A stretch of DNA of 60,086 nucleotides, filler included, from Nemertoderma westbladi (lineage: Eukaryota > Animalia > Xenacoelomorpha): assembly GCA_032718475.1 (NCBI GenBank). It is 3 parts of 3 records of this genome, joined end to end, with 100 filler letters (N's around TTAATTAATTAA, not from the genome) between each part and the next. Parts side by side here need not be neighbours in the genome. Positions count along the whole stretch, not along the records: positions 18,308 to 39,542 come from JAUCBJ010005489.1; 2 more parts are not named here. The stretch is one strand, 5' to 3'. Below, one piece after another: positions 24,676 to 35,954 of the stretch. Every line of letters begins with the position of its first letter. The first letter of the stretch is position 1. The notes beneath the pieces are model-generated. The model was given only the letters and a program-made list of their open reading frames with translations. It ran no database searches and was not told the origin of the DNA. A program made the position numbers and the translations under genes.

Positions 24676-26646
24676 CTACTTTGTTAATGAGTTTAAAACG
24701 TCAACAATCAAACTTATCCTATCTGGATTGGCTAATATTCTTGGCATCTTGAATTGTCCAGAAAATGATAAAGTATTAGCCTGAAGAATTCGATCTTTGT
24801 AACAATTAAAAAACCCAGTAGGAACTTGTCTTATTTCGACCTTATCAATAGTACCAGCCCTTCGACAATTTCGGTATCCCAAACTGACATTCATTAAATT
24901 GTTATCAATAAGAGCTGCATCATCGTCTGTCAACAATCGGTTTGCTTCGATAAACAACAAATAATAATAAGGACCATCAGTATCACCCCTCAGGATAGAA
25001 ACAAATAGCTTGTTCTGTACAACAATGTAATCCCTTACTTGGCAGTCCTCCCAAACATTCATACTATCTGATAGAGCGGTAACAATATCATCCTCATTGA
25101 CCATTTCACCGGATTCATTGAGTAGTTGGTTGTCACGGTAACAGTAGTCAAGGATAGGTAACTGGTCGTAGAACCCTGTAACTCTGAACACATCGAACAT
25201 TCTATATCGAACAAGACCTGTCATACGGGAAGTTATTACAACCTCATACTTACAACCAACTTCCAGTTGATCGAGGAATTTCGTTCCCACAATGTCATCG
25301 CCCATTGGATTGTCCTTACCATCCACTGGAATGAACTCTAAGAAAGCTGAGTCAGGATGTGCCACATACTGGTCATTTGGGATAATTCCGGGCACAGAGA
25401 ACGCCATAAATAGGCCTCCTAACTCAGAAGCGCCATAGGCACTAGAAACAATTGGTAACCCTTTTGTGTATCTTTTCCCGAGGTTGATAGCATATATTTT
25501 CATCGCTCCAGTGGATATACCAACAATTCCGTTCAGATATGGCCACAAGCGTGTTGCAATGCCAATAAATCCCTTATCAAACTCTTCCTTACATTCCGCA
25601 ACCCTTTTCAATCTATATTCTCGACTTACGCCTTGAAGATACCCATTGAGATTCGATCTCATTTCATCAGAAACCTCCAAGCGTGAATTTAGTTCACCTT
25701 TAGCAATGTCATATATAATGCTATTCCACTTCTGTTCGATTACTACAAAAAAATCATAAGCATTCGATATAAAACCACCATTTATAACAACAACATTTTT
25801 ATCCATTAATGCAAAAACAGCGTGAACATAGAGTGAATCTTGCTCATTGCGCAAGTAGTATGCATCCATTGGGGAGGTCTTCGGTACTGCTTCGAATTTG
25901 TGACCTCTACTGGAGATTGGACAAATTGGCAATCCAAAATCGTTAGTTGGGAAACTCGGTGGGGGAGCTTTAATTAAGAATGTCATCAAACCGGTATTTG
26001 AACGTAAAATGTGAGCTAGGGAGTAGCATGCCATTGGATACCCACCACTGAAGGCGCATCTTAGTGTCAGATTTTGGGCAGGAAAACTTTTATTGATACC
26101 ACTTGTCCCAGATGTTACTGCTAAAAATGCTGGTTTACCTGGAAACAAGACATCAGCAATGTTTTTAGAAGCTTTATCAATGTAAGCTGTGTAGTCGGCA
26201 TATGTTGTAATGGGTGTAAGCTTGGCGAATTCCTCTCGAGTTTTGATTCGTTGGGGAATGTTATCCCTGGCATATTCAGTATCTTTAAAATCGTGAAGGA
26301 AATTTAACAGATAGCGTTTTTGAACTTCGGCAATATTAATGGAAGTTTTATCCAATCGCCACTTACCAATAATGGACATACATTTCATTATAATTACCAA
26401 GAAGTAATTTTTGAGCATTGTAGATATTGAACAAATAGGACTAGGATGGCCAATACTGATATGGAGTATTACCAGACCATAAATACAGGACAAACCAGAA
26501 ACAATTCCTTTAATTAATAATATTATAATAATTCCTCCGGAATCCAAATAATATCCGATTAGTATACTGATAGCAATAGCAAGGAGGCCTTGTAATTGTA
26601 GCGAGTATTTTCTTTCCATAATCCTTTTTATGTGTCCATTTGGCAT
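24676..26646 (-). CDS. GHDC: Single-ORF GH3 domain-containing protein (GHDC-like, ANL-superfamily acyl-amido synthetase fold), 656 aa, hydrophobic N-terminus
   Basis: GH3 motifs PITTYADY, FLAVTSGTSG, YGASE, FLEFIP, YEVVIT, GLVRYRMFDVFRVTGFY and C-terminal QFKMPR; uninterrupted frame. Confidence 0.9.
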   Translation of the reverse strand: MPNGHIKRIMERKYSLQLQGLLAIAISILIGYYLDSGGIIIILLIKGIVSGLSCIYGLVILHISIGHPSPICSISTMLKNYFLVIIMKCMSIIGKWRLDKTSINIAEVQKRYLLNFLHDFKDTEYARDNIPQRIKTREEFAKLTPITTYADYTAYIDKASKNIADVLFPGKPAFLAVTSGTSGINKSFPAQNLTLRCAFSGGYPMACYSLAHILRSNTGLMTFLIKAPPPSFPTNDFGLPICPISSRGHKFEAVPKTSPMDAYYLRNEQDSLYVHAVFALMDKNVVVINGGFISNAYDFFVVIEQKWNSIIYDIAKGELNSRLEVSDEMRSNLNGYLQGVSREYRLKRVAECKEEFDKGFIGIATRLWPYLNGIVGISTGAMKIYAINLGKRYTKGLPIVSSAYGASELGGLFMAFSVPGIIPNDQYVAHPDSAFLEFIPVDGKDNPMGDDIVGTKFLDQLEVGCKYEVVITSRMTGLVRYRMFDVFRVTGFYDQLPILDYCYRDNQLLNESGEMVNEDDIVTALSDSMNVWEDCQVRDYIVVQNKLFVSILRGDTDGPYYYLLFIEANRLLTDDDAALIDNNLMNVSLGYRNCRRAGTIDKVEIRQVPTGFFNCYKDRILQANTLSFSGQFKMPRILANPDRISLIVDVLNSLTK

Positions 26647-27583
26647 GAAAGAGTCTAGTTTTATTGTTTAACAAAGATAATTCAGTTAGCAATGATAAAA
26701 CTTAACTTATTAATTAATAATAATTTATTGTCGTAGAAATTTAGCTACTGATATACTTTATAAACTAACATAAATGCGTACAGTACATTGGTCAGCAGAA
26801 TAATATCAAATGATTACTACTGTATTCCTTAGTTACTAATTAGCCCATCCTTATTGGCGATGGCGACTAGTTTAAATATATATTCAGTGTTTGGCACTTC
26901 TGCATTACGGTAGATGATACTTCTTCTGGTTTGACATTGATATTGGTCGATCTTGTCGTCCATGCGTATAACAATAGGATGAAATATTAGTAACTGATTG
27001 AACTTCAATCCGGAACAGCCTGGTCTGGTCATATAATAATCAACAGTGAGTGATAACTGCCGAGTTCCCCCACTCAATTATATTTCCGACTTTTGACAGT
27101 CTACACCAATGTACCAAGTATATTATTTTGTTACTCAATCATATTACCTATTCTACCTAATTACTGAAATATAAAAACTGCCAGAATGTCAATTGGCGTG
27201 CTGATATAGGGAAAATTTGCGAATCTGAATAATTTATATGTTTCGCGTCATTACAGCCTTATTCCTTTGATTGGTAGGTCTTGCAGTAAATCAACCTTAA
27301 CTCTAAGTCATGAGGCTCTAATCTAAGAAATTTTATGTAATTTCGGACATTACTATATTCAAAAAGAATTGGAGTTGAGATGTTAATGAGAAATGAGTTA
27401 ATGCAACTGTAATTATAAATATGTAATATTATGGTGTTGTTCAGAAATGGAAAAAATGAGAAAGCGCGTCACAGGGGGTTGAACCAGCGCTATACGTACG
27501 TTTTCAGCCTATCAGGCCTCATCAGTAGCACTAACCAGTTCAGCCACTTGCCCCTGACATTCACTCTCCCACCTAATCGACTT

Positions 27584-28822
27584 GGATCTAGGACACTTCC
27601 CCCCCGGACACTTCCCCCCCGGACACTTCCCCCCCGCCCAAGTAGGACACTTCCCCCCCGGACACTTCCCCCCCGGACACTTGCCCCCCGGACACTTCCC
27701 CCCCAGTTAAAGTGTTAAAATTAATCTGGGTGCATCAAAGCAATAAACAAAAGTTAAAGATGGTTACAGGACAAGTTGTATCTAGACAAGTTTTTTCAAA
27801 ATTATAAAAGAAACATTTTTATAGTCAAATTTTGTTTGTTTTTCTTTTAATTCCTTTAATTCTTTTAATTTCTTTTAATTGGGGGCTGCCGCCCCCAAAC
27901 CCCCGCTTCTTTTGTTGGGGGCTGCCGCCCCCAAACCCCCGCTTCTTTTCTTGGGGGCTGCCGCCCCCAAACCCCCGCTTCTTTTCTTGGGGGTTATCGC
28001 CCCCAGACCCCGGCATTTCCCTGAGTGCCCGTGGTGAAAGACTTAAGACCACTTTGAAATAATTAATTCATGTTTGTATCATCAGATAATAAATTGACTA
28101 AGCCTAAAGTAGGAGCTGTATTGAATGTTAACCAATTTAATATATAAATTACTACAATATTATATAATTCAACAAAATCCTATTAAAAATATTGCAAGTA
28201 ACCAGGAAATTTAATATGTAGTGTGTATAATATCTATATAGTATGTATAGTAATATGTATATCAATATGTAATGCTGAACACAGAATACAGGTCGACGCA
28301 TATCGATTTTACCCTGGAGAGGTATAATTTTGATTGCAACAATAATATTCATCCCCATCTGCTACAATTTGAAGAAGACTATTACATAATAATACCTATA
28401 ATTAAAACAATTAATTATTATAATTCTATAGTTAATAAAAACAGTATATCATTACGGGGATGGAATTTATAGGTCATCTAATATAATTAATTGTTTAAAG
28501 ATTAGCAAACAATACGATGTAATTGCATTGATAAAACCCATAAATAAAACTTGGATATGAAATGTAAATTCGGGATGCATAAGACTGTAAGATCACTTTC
28601 TGAGCTACGAAAGGAAAATTGGATACAACTTATCTGGATACAAGCGGTCCGTTTACCTTACAAAATGAAAAATACGAATGTGCGAAGTTAAGAACAGTCG
28701 GGGGGGAAGTGTCCGCGGGGGGGAAGTGTCTGGGGGGGAAGTGTCCGGGGGGGAAGTGTCCTACTTGAGCGGGGGGGAACTGTCCGGGGGGGAAGTGTCC
28801 GGGGGGGAAGTGTCCGAACACC
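27584..28822. mobile_element. Non-autonomous MULE/foldback-like DNA transposon
   Basis: Exact 9-bp TSD AATCGACTT (27575-27583, 28823-28831), GG...CC ends, inverted subterminal arrays of 15-bp GGACACTTCCCCCCC, internal 36-bp GGGGGCTGCCGCCCCC repeats (~27880-28010). Confidence 0.88.
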
Positions 28823-29384
28823 AATCGACTTATATTGAACAGGCAGTCTTAAGTTGCATATCCCGGCTAACGGCAGCAATATCGAGTATAGGCCTTATAC
28901 AGTTATACTGCTGTCAAGGCGTGACTGCTGTACTGCCCTATCAGCCTATACAACAACAGCATGATCCTAAAACACTGTCTGAGTCTAACTGGAACATATC
29001 GGCATACGAATGAAAGGCATTAGGCCTATACTGGTTTCTGGTCCGTGTTTGAATAGATGATTGAGTGAGCTCGCGATGCCTCCAAAATAGCATCATCGCG
29101 GCGTGCTTTACTTCTTTAAAATTGCCTCGCAGCATCGTCGCACTTCAATATTTCGCCGGCGTGTGGCGCGCTTTAAAATATCGCCGGCCGGCATCTCGCT
29201 ACAAAATTACGTCAGCGCGGTATCTGGCCAATATCAAACTAAATTACCGGTACCCATTTACAAGCTGACAGGCCTAGTTGACTCTGACTGTCATTGCTTT
29301 ACTGCATTGCTGCTGTACTGTGTGTTGGTGATAGGTGTATGGAACGCCAATAGCGCCATAATGTTACCACCAACTAATAGTTGG

Positions 29385-29600
29385 TAGCTACTTTTTTATT
29401 TGGTACAAAAAGTATCTACCATGTATTGAGCCAATAGGAAAAAAGTACCTACCAACTAGTTATTGGTAGCTACATTTTTGTTATTGGCCAGTTTATTTTA
29501 GCCAATAGGAAAAAAGTACCTACCATATATTTAGCCAATAGGAAAACAGTACCTACCAACTAGTTGGTAGCTATTAAGTTAATTTTATTGGTAGCTCATT
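29385..29600. repeat. Cluster of short direct and inverted TTGGTAGCTAC / GTACCTACCAAC repeats, probable MITE remnant
   Basis: AGCCAATAGGAAAA(A/C)AGTACCTACCA occurs three times, interleaved with oppositely oriented TTGGTAGCT units. Confidence 0.5.
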
Positions 29601-29774
29601 AAATTCCCTCCTAAATCAGCCAATCGCTAAGGGGAAGATAAAATCACATAAATATGTCCATTTATATCATCCCCTAAAATAGGAGGAGAAATTAATCAAT
29701 TTGTGAATTATTACACCCCGTAAATAATAAATCCGCGCTCTTTTGGAGGGGAATTAAATGTTTTTGCGCGTGAT

Positions 29775-30388
29775 TTAATGTAGCAGGGTTTTAAAACCAA
29801 ATGTTGCCATATTCACAATGTTATAGGCTTTCACAGGGGTAGTCTTCGGAGCTATTTTAACTTGACTTACCCTACTGGTGATGGGACAAACAGGCAAGCA
29901 ATAATCTTTGATCGGGATTATTTTTGGGGGCACCTTAGCGAGCAAAATGTTTAGGCCGGAATGTGATCCACATATATGTGTAAAGCTATAGCATGCCAAC
30001 GGAAACCCAACGGAAACTCACCACCTGATTATTGTCATATTTTGCACAGGAAAATGTTTGTTGTTCCAGAGGTTACTGCTAAGAATGCTGGTTTACCTGG
30101 AAACAAGGCATTAGCAATGTTTCTAGAAGCTTTATCAATGTAAGCTGTGTAGTCGGCGTATGTTGTAATGGGGGTAAGCTTGGCGAATTCCTCTCGTGTT
30201 TGGATTCGTTGGTGTATTTTATCTCTGGAATATTCAGTATCTTTAAAATCGTGAAGGAAATTTAACAGATAGCGTTTTTGAACTTCGGCAATATTAATGG
30301 AAGTTTTATCCAATCGCCACTTACCAATAATGACAATAATGGCAATAATAACGAACAGTAAGCAACAATAGGCAATAATAAACAACAA
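29775..30388 (-). pseudogene. Partial GH3-domain paralog, disrupted and 3'-truncated
   Basis: IIGKWRLDKTS...FLAVTSGT is nearly identical to the full gene; the frame breaks near 30035-30000 and a diverged CYSFTHI...PKTTPVKAY segment follows, then homology ends. Confidence 0.85.
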
Positions 30389-31034
30389 TGAACAACTATA
30401 GGCAAAAATGAATGAACAATAACGGACAATATTAGGTGCCTACCCCGTTATTCTTGATCACTGATGCATGACCTGTACTATAGATACGACCCGTCAAGCT
30501 GCTGCAAAGCCTCTAAATTTAGTGGGCCAGTTATTTCTCTTTGATAGAATCTCTGAAACAATATTTCAGGCGGGTCGAAAGTACCTGGCCTTAACTAAAA
30601 TTATGTCCTCTTTCAGATGAGACAAATAAAAATGTAATAGCTCCAGTAGTTTTCGAGATACGAGAAGTTCTTGGCACCCATACCATATCAACACCTTTCA
30701 GAATTGATAAAATTACACAAAATCACCCTTCAAAGAGTTTGGTATAACCAATAAAAACCATAATATGTTTTTTGTTTTGTTGAATTCATTATCAGTAATC
30801 GAAAGCAAGATTAGAAGCAACATTTTCATTTCTTTTAATAGATACTTAAAGAGCACCAAAAGTGCAAGTAACACCTTTTTCAAAAGTGGTAATTGGCCGT
30901 AAAGTTTGGCTACTGAGGTTTTAGAATGTGCTGATTGCATTTGGAAGGTTTATTCCTCTACATCAAACATATTGAAGAGTTATGTAATATAACAACATAG
31001 GCATGTTGTCATATTAGTTATTATTATAGTCATA

Positions 31035-32112
31035 TTAGCCAGATAATATACACATACGCCAATATTGGTTACACCTTGTCATATAATTGATCACAATGTA
31101 GTTCAGTTTTTAGCACAATATTAGTTAGCCAGATAATATACACACATACGCCAATATTGGTTACACCTTGTCATATAATTGATCACAATGTAGTTCAGTT
31201 GATAGCACAATATTAGTTAGCCAGATAATATACACACACGCCAATATTGGTTACACTTTGTCATATAATTGATCACAATGTACTTCAGTTGTTAGCACAA
31301 TATTAGTTTGCCAGATAATATACACACAGACACCAATATTTGTTACACTTTGTCATATAATTGATCACAATGTAGTTCAGTTGATAGCACAATATTAGTT
31401 AGCCAGATAATATACACACAGACACCAATATTTGTTACACTTTGTCATATAATTGATCACAATGTAGTTCAGTTGATAGCACAATATTAGTTAGCCAGAT
31501 AATATACACACAGACACCAATATTTGTTACACTTTGTCATATAATTGATCACAATGTAGTTCAGTTGTTAGCAGAATATTAGTTAGCCAGATAATATAAA
31601 CACACACTCGCTAATATTGGTTACACCTTGTAATATAATTGATCACAATGTAGTTCAGTTGATAGCACAATATTAGTTAGCCAGATAATATACACACATA
31701 CGCTAATATTGGTTACACCTTGTCATATAATTGATCACAATGTAGTTCAGTTTTTAGCACAATATTAGTTAGCCAGATAATATACACACTCGCTAATATT
31801 GGTTACACCTTGTCATATAATTGATCACAATGTAGTGCAGTTGATAGCACAATATTAGTTAGCCAGATAATATACACACTCGCTAATATTGGTTACACCT
31901 TGTCATATAATTGATCACTATGTAGTTCGTTGATAGCACAATATTAGTTAGCCAGATAATATACACACACGCCAATATTGGTTACACCTTGTCATATCAT
32001 ATAATTGATTACACTGTAGTTCAGTTGTTAGCACTTGTAATATTATATAGTTAGCCAGATAATATACACACACACCAATATTGGTTACACCTTGTCATAT
32101 AATTGATCACAA
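31035..32112. repeat. ~90-bp AT-rich tandem repeat, about 12 copies
   Basis: Unit AGCCAGATAATATACACAC...CCAATATTGGTTACACCTTGTCATATAATTGATCACAATGTAGTTCAGTTGATAGCACAATATTAGTT; first two starts at 31037 and 31127. Confidence 0.95.
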
Positions 32113-32869
32113 TTACTACAATACACCTAACAGTAATCGGGTGGAAGCGATACACCTAACAGTAAACGGGTGGAAGTGATACACCTAACATGTATATTTA
32201 CTATATATTCCCATTGCAGCTGCATGGGGGCGCAAGGTAAAAAAACACACTGAAAATTTATCTGGCAAATTAAATTCACCTAACATAGCTTGGAACTTTG
32301 GGATATGATTTTTTCGTGATTTGAGACAACTGTTAGCGGAAAGTGTTAGCACAATTGCAAAGTTAGCACAATGATTGTGGGAATCTGGCGAAATGTTAGG
32401 TGTATTACGCTTTAGCACGCGCAGCACTTTCCAACTTTAACTGCTACTGCCTGCCTGCTTAGGCCTACAGATTTAGATATTATGTCCAGACCAAGATTAG
32501 ACCCTCCTTGCTGCCAGCCCAGCCCCTGTCTGTAGAGGTGACAATAACTAGTCAAATAGACATATACCGACGTAATCAGTTGTAATAATGATAAGGCATT
32601 GATGCCTAACAGCATAATTCAGTCAGCAGTTATGGAATGCCAAAAGTGCCAGTAGTGACGTAGTACAGTGCAATGCACATACCACATACAGAATAATACA
32701 CTACATTACCGGTCCAGTACCAGACTGCCGTAGTACTGCTGTACTGAAATAGAAAGAAGTGCGCTGGCTGGCACTTAAATTATCGTGCTAAATAATTTTT
32801 TTTAGGATGGCTAAAACGTCTGTCCTTATCTGATCTCACGGTATCTGACACTTGTTCCACCTTGGTTCA

Positions 32870-33110
32870 GAGCCCACCTTGGTGTAGTGGTTATATTGAA
32901 TTCACATCTCACAGAGGTTGTGGGTTCAACCCCGGCATGGGGGCCAAGGTAGTTTTCGTTTCGGCACGAATGCTTTGATCCTTAAATGGTAGCTAAAATG
33001 AACACTGGAGTTTCTGCCCATGTCAGCATGTGAAGTTTCCCCGGTATTCCCTTAAACCCCCCCCCCCCCCCCCCCCCCCCCTCTCTCTGTAACTAACGCT
33101 ACTAACTAAA
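32870..33110 (+). mobile_element. tRNA-derived SINE-like element
   Basis: A box TGGTGTAGTGGTT and B box GGTTCAACCCC followed by a non-tRNA body. Confidence 0.55.
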
Positions 33111-34637
33111 AGGAATTCATATGTCATATAAAATAAGCTAGAAATTTTAATCTTGTATTTGGCGGCGGGTGCCAAATTTTGGTGCCATTGGGTATTTGAA
33201 GCTGTTTTTTACTCTTAACCCAGTGGCTCCCTTCTGTAAGAAATGTACACACGCCAAATGTCAATATGTGTACTCCTGCCTCATCGGATTCCGATAGCCC
33301 ACACCTGCCCCGATGTGCCCACTGCGGATCTTCAGTAGTAAACCAATTTGGTTAGGTCAAATCGAAACATTCACCGGAGACCACCAACTGGCGCGCTATG
33401 TGAAGTACCATGCAGACACGATGACGGTGAAGCTGTTTTTCCGCAATAGGGGTTTTAGGCATTCTAGTCTCGTTTGGAATATATATGAATTGCACCAGGC
33501 ATATCATCAACGTTGTATTTTTCGGTGCTGTGTGCAAAATTTGGTGCCAGCAAGAACTTTTGAAAATTCACTCAATAGTTCAATTGATTGCGACAACTCA
33601 TAGTCCTATCTTACATTTTAGAGGTTTATGGGGGCTCTGAATTCAATGGAATAAATATTTATCTAACAACTATACATCTCAAACTTATATTTTTCGGAAG
33701 TATGGGGTTTCTTGCGTTATACGGATTTGTGAGGGTTCTGAATTCAATGGATATTTAAAAATTGCATAAGAATTCTGAAACTTGTATTTTTCGGCGGTGG
33801 GTGAAAATTTTCAACAACATCGTTTATTGTTTTGGTTAGAAATTGCCGCCGCTGTAACCTGCTCTTTTCCTTCAATTGGAAGGTAACAACATCGCTTATT
33901 GATTTCCACCTTCCACCCACCTTCATTCATCGTTTGGGTATAAACTCCGTTGTATCAGCTGGCAATCAGGGCAATATGGGGCATGGCATGTTAAAGTGTT
34001 TCGCCATATTCGGCAGTACAGTACTGTACAGAGGTACTGTACCTCTTCCTGCCTTCCCTTTAGCGTAACAAACAAACAATAAATATTTTAAATGTAATAT
34101 ACTAATAAGTACAGTATCATTATTCAATAATATTAATTATAATTAACTTTATATTGATAACTATTAACAAGAAAGATTACTAAAATATTGCAGCAAAGAC
34201 AGAAAGGCTGTATTGTTTTGAATAAATGATTAATGTTTCAACACCAACTAAATCTGCGAAAGTTGTTTACATCTGAAACTATCCACATTTGCTGGGGCAA
34301 TCACACAACTTCCATACCCGCCATCCTTCATCCTACTGTATATCGCATTTTTAACATGCCTTTGTTGCCTTGGCTGCATACCGGTATGCCTGAAGGCCTA
34401 CTGCACTGCAATGTCATATGATGATACTGATACGTAACATGGCAACCTGATCCCCTATTGGCTATTTACCTATATCTCTTTCTCCTGATTGGTTATAGGA
34501 TCAGGACAGACGTTTTATTCTACCTCGTTTTTTTTTAATGTCAAATTATCTAATTTGGTATTGGCGGTTATTTTCAGCACCGCTACAGCACATCAGCAGT
34601 GCCTTTATTGGTGAGTGTTAATTTAACATAAACTAAC

Positions 34638-34813
34638 GGGTTGTTTTTCGGCGGGTGGCCTAGACGCCGACATTCTTCGTCCCGTTACGTAAGGGTCCGG
34701 CCCACCTCCTTCTGGTCCGTTGTTAGCGTAAGGTTGATCAACCCGAGGTATGGGGGTGGAGTAGGTAAACTGAGGCAGAGGGGAATGACCACCAATTGGA
34801 GGGAACATAAAAC
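34638..34813 (-). CDS. Possible isolated Pro/Gly-rich exon
   Basis: GC-richer open segment FMFPPIGG...PPAEKQP bounded by CAG|G and CCC|GTTAGT; no homology recognised. Confidence 0.3.
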
Positions 34814-35954
34814 CTGATCGACACAAAATAGGTCGCCATGAACTAAAACTTATCGAATAGTTTCTGGATTACAGCAATAAGTCGAGGCACATCAAGTGTG
34901 ATGTTATATAATGTAATAGGACAATAGGAACTATCGATAATGTGATATTTTTCGCTAAGGAGAGCATATGATATTGTCCTATTACATTATATATTTAATT
35001 CACCGTCACTCCACCCCACAACAATTCATTTATTATTATTGTGTAATGTTATGGTTAGAGCCCCAGAATAAACTCCAATAATTTTACACATTTCAAATAA
35101 TTTAACAAAATCCAGAAAATAACGGCTAGGGAAACATGCCTAAAATTGCGGTACTTCGGAATGAGTGATTGATATACAATTTGATGTAATTTTTAAATGC
35201 ATCAAAAATTGTGGAAGATCTAAGATAACTGGGGCAAATTATTATTTAATACAATCTATACCAAATACGGAAAATGCCACCAATAGAGTTACCTTGTTGC
35301 TGGCAGGAAAGGAAGCTAATTAGGCTGATTACCACAGGACATCTGTGGACTTATAGAACAAATTACAAAATCCTCTAGCAATATGTTCTAGAGTCTAATG
35401 ATTTCAGTGCTGCATTAATCTATTACTGATCACTTCACAAGGTATATTTACACAGCCAACAGCGGTGTAGGTCGTGTCACATTATGTGTGAAATCTGAAG
35501 TACTTGTTTCTTGGTGGTCCACTACTTCTTTTTCAATGAGGTCAACTAATGAGCCCAGATTGTGGAAGGGGGATGGCAATCTCTTGTTTGCGATGAGAAG
35601 AAATGGGAAAGAAATTAGTAGCAGATGGACAAAAGTTATACAAATTGTACCGGTATTAATAACTAATTATTACAAGTTGATTAAATAAAATAAAATGTAT
35701 CTAAATATTAATTTTAAAATAATAAAATTTAGTAGAATTATGATTTTTCAATTAAATACATAGTTTTACAATCCCACCTAAAAACGCCAGCACAAACAGA
35801 GCACAATTAATAGACGCGGATTAATGTACCACGAGGAATAAACTATCAGGTACAATAAATTAATAAAAATATTAATAAAAAATCAAACCGTTTACTTTAC
35901 TGTATGCAGTCCATAATGATAAAACAAAAGAAAATTAGTGAAATATACTAATTA

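Noticed and set aside
27431-29013. ORFs with RTLPP, GHFPP or GEVSG repeats
   Set aside because: Translations of the 15-bp subterminal repeats of the MULE-like element.
31035-32112. CRISPR-like array (also considered for 40695-41085 and 41556-41932)
   Set aside because: Whole units repeat with no unique spacers, there are no cas genes, and the context is eukaryotic.
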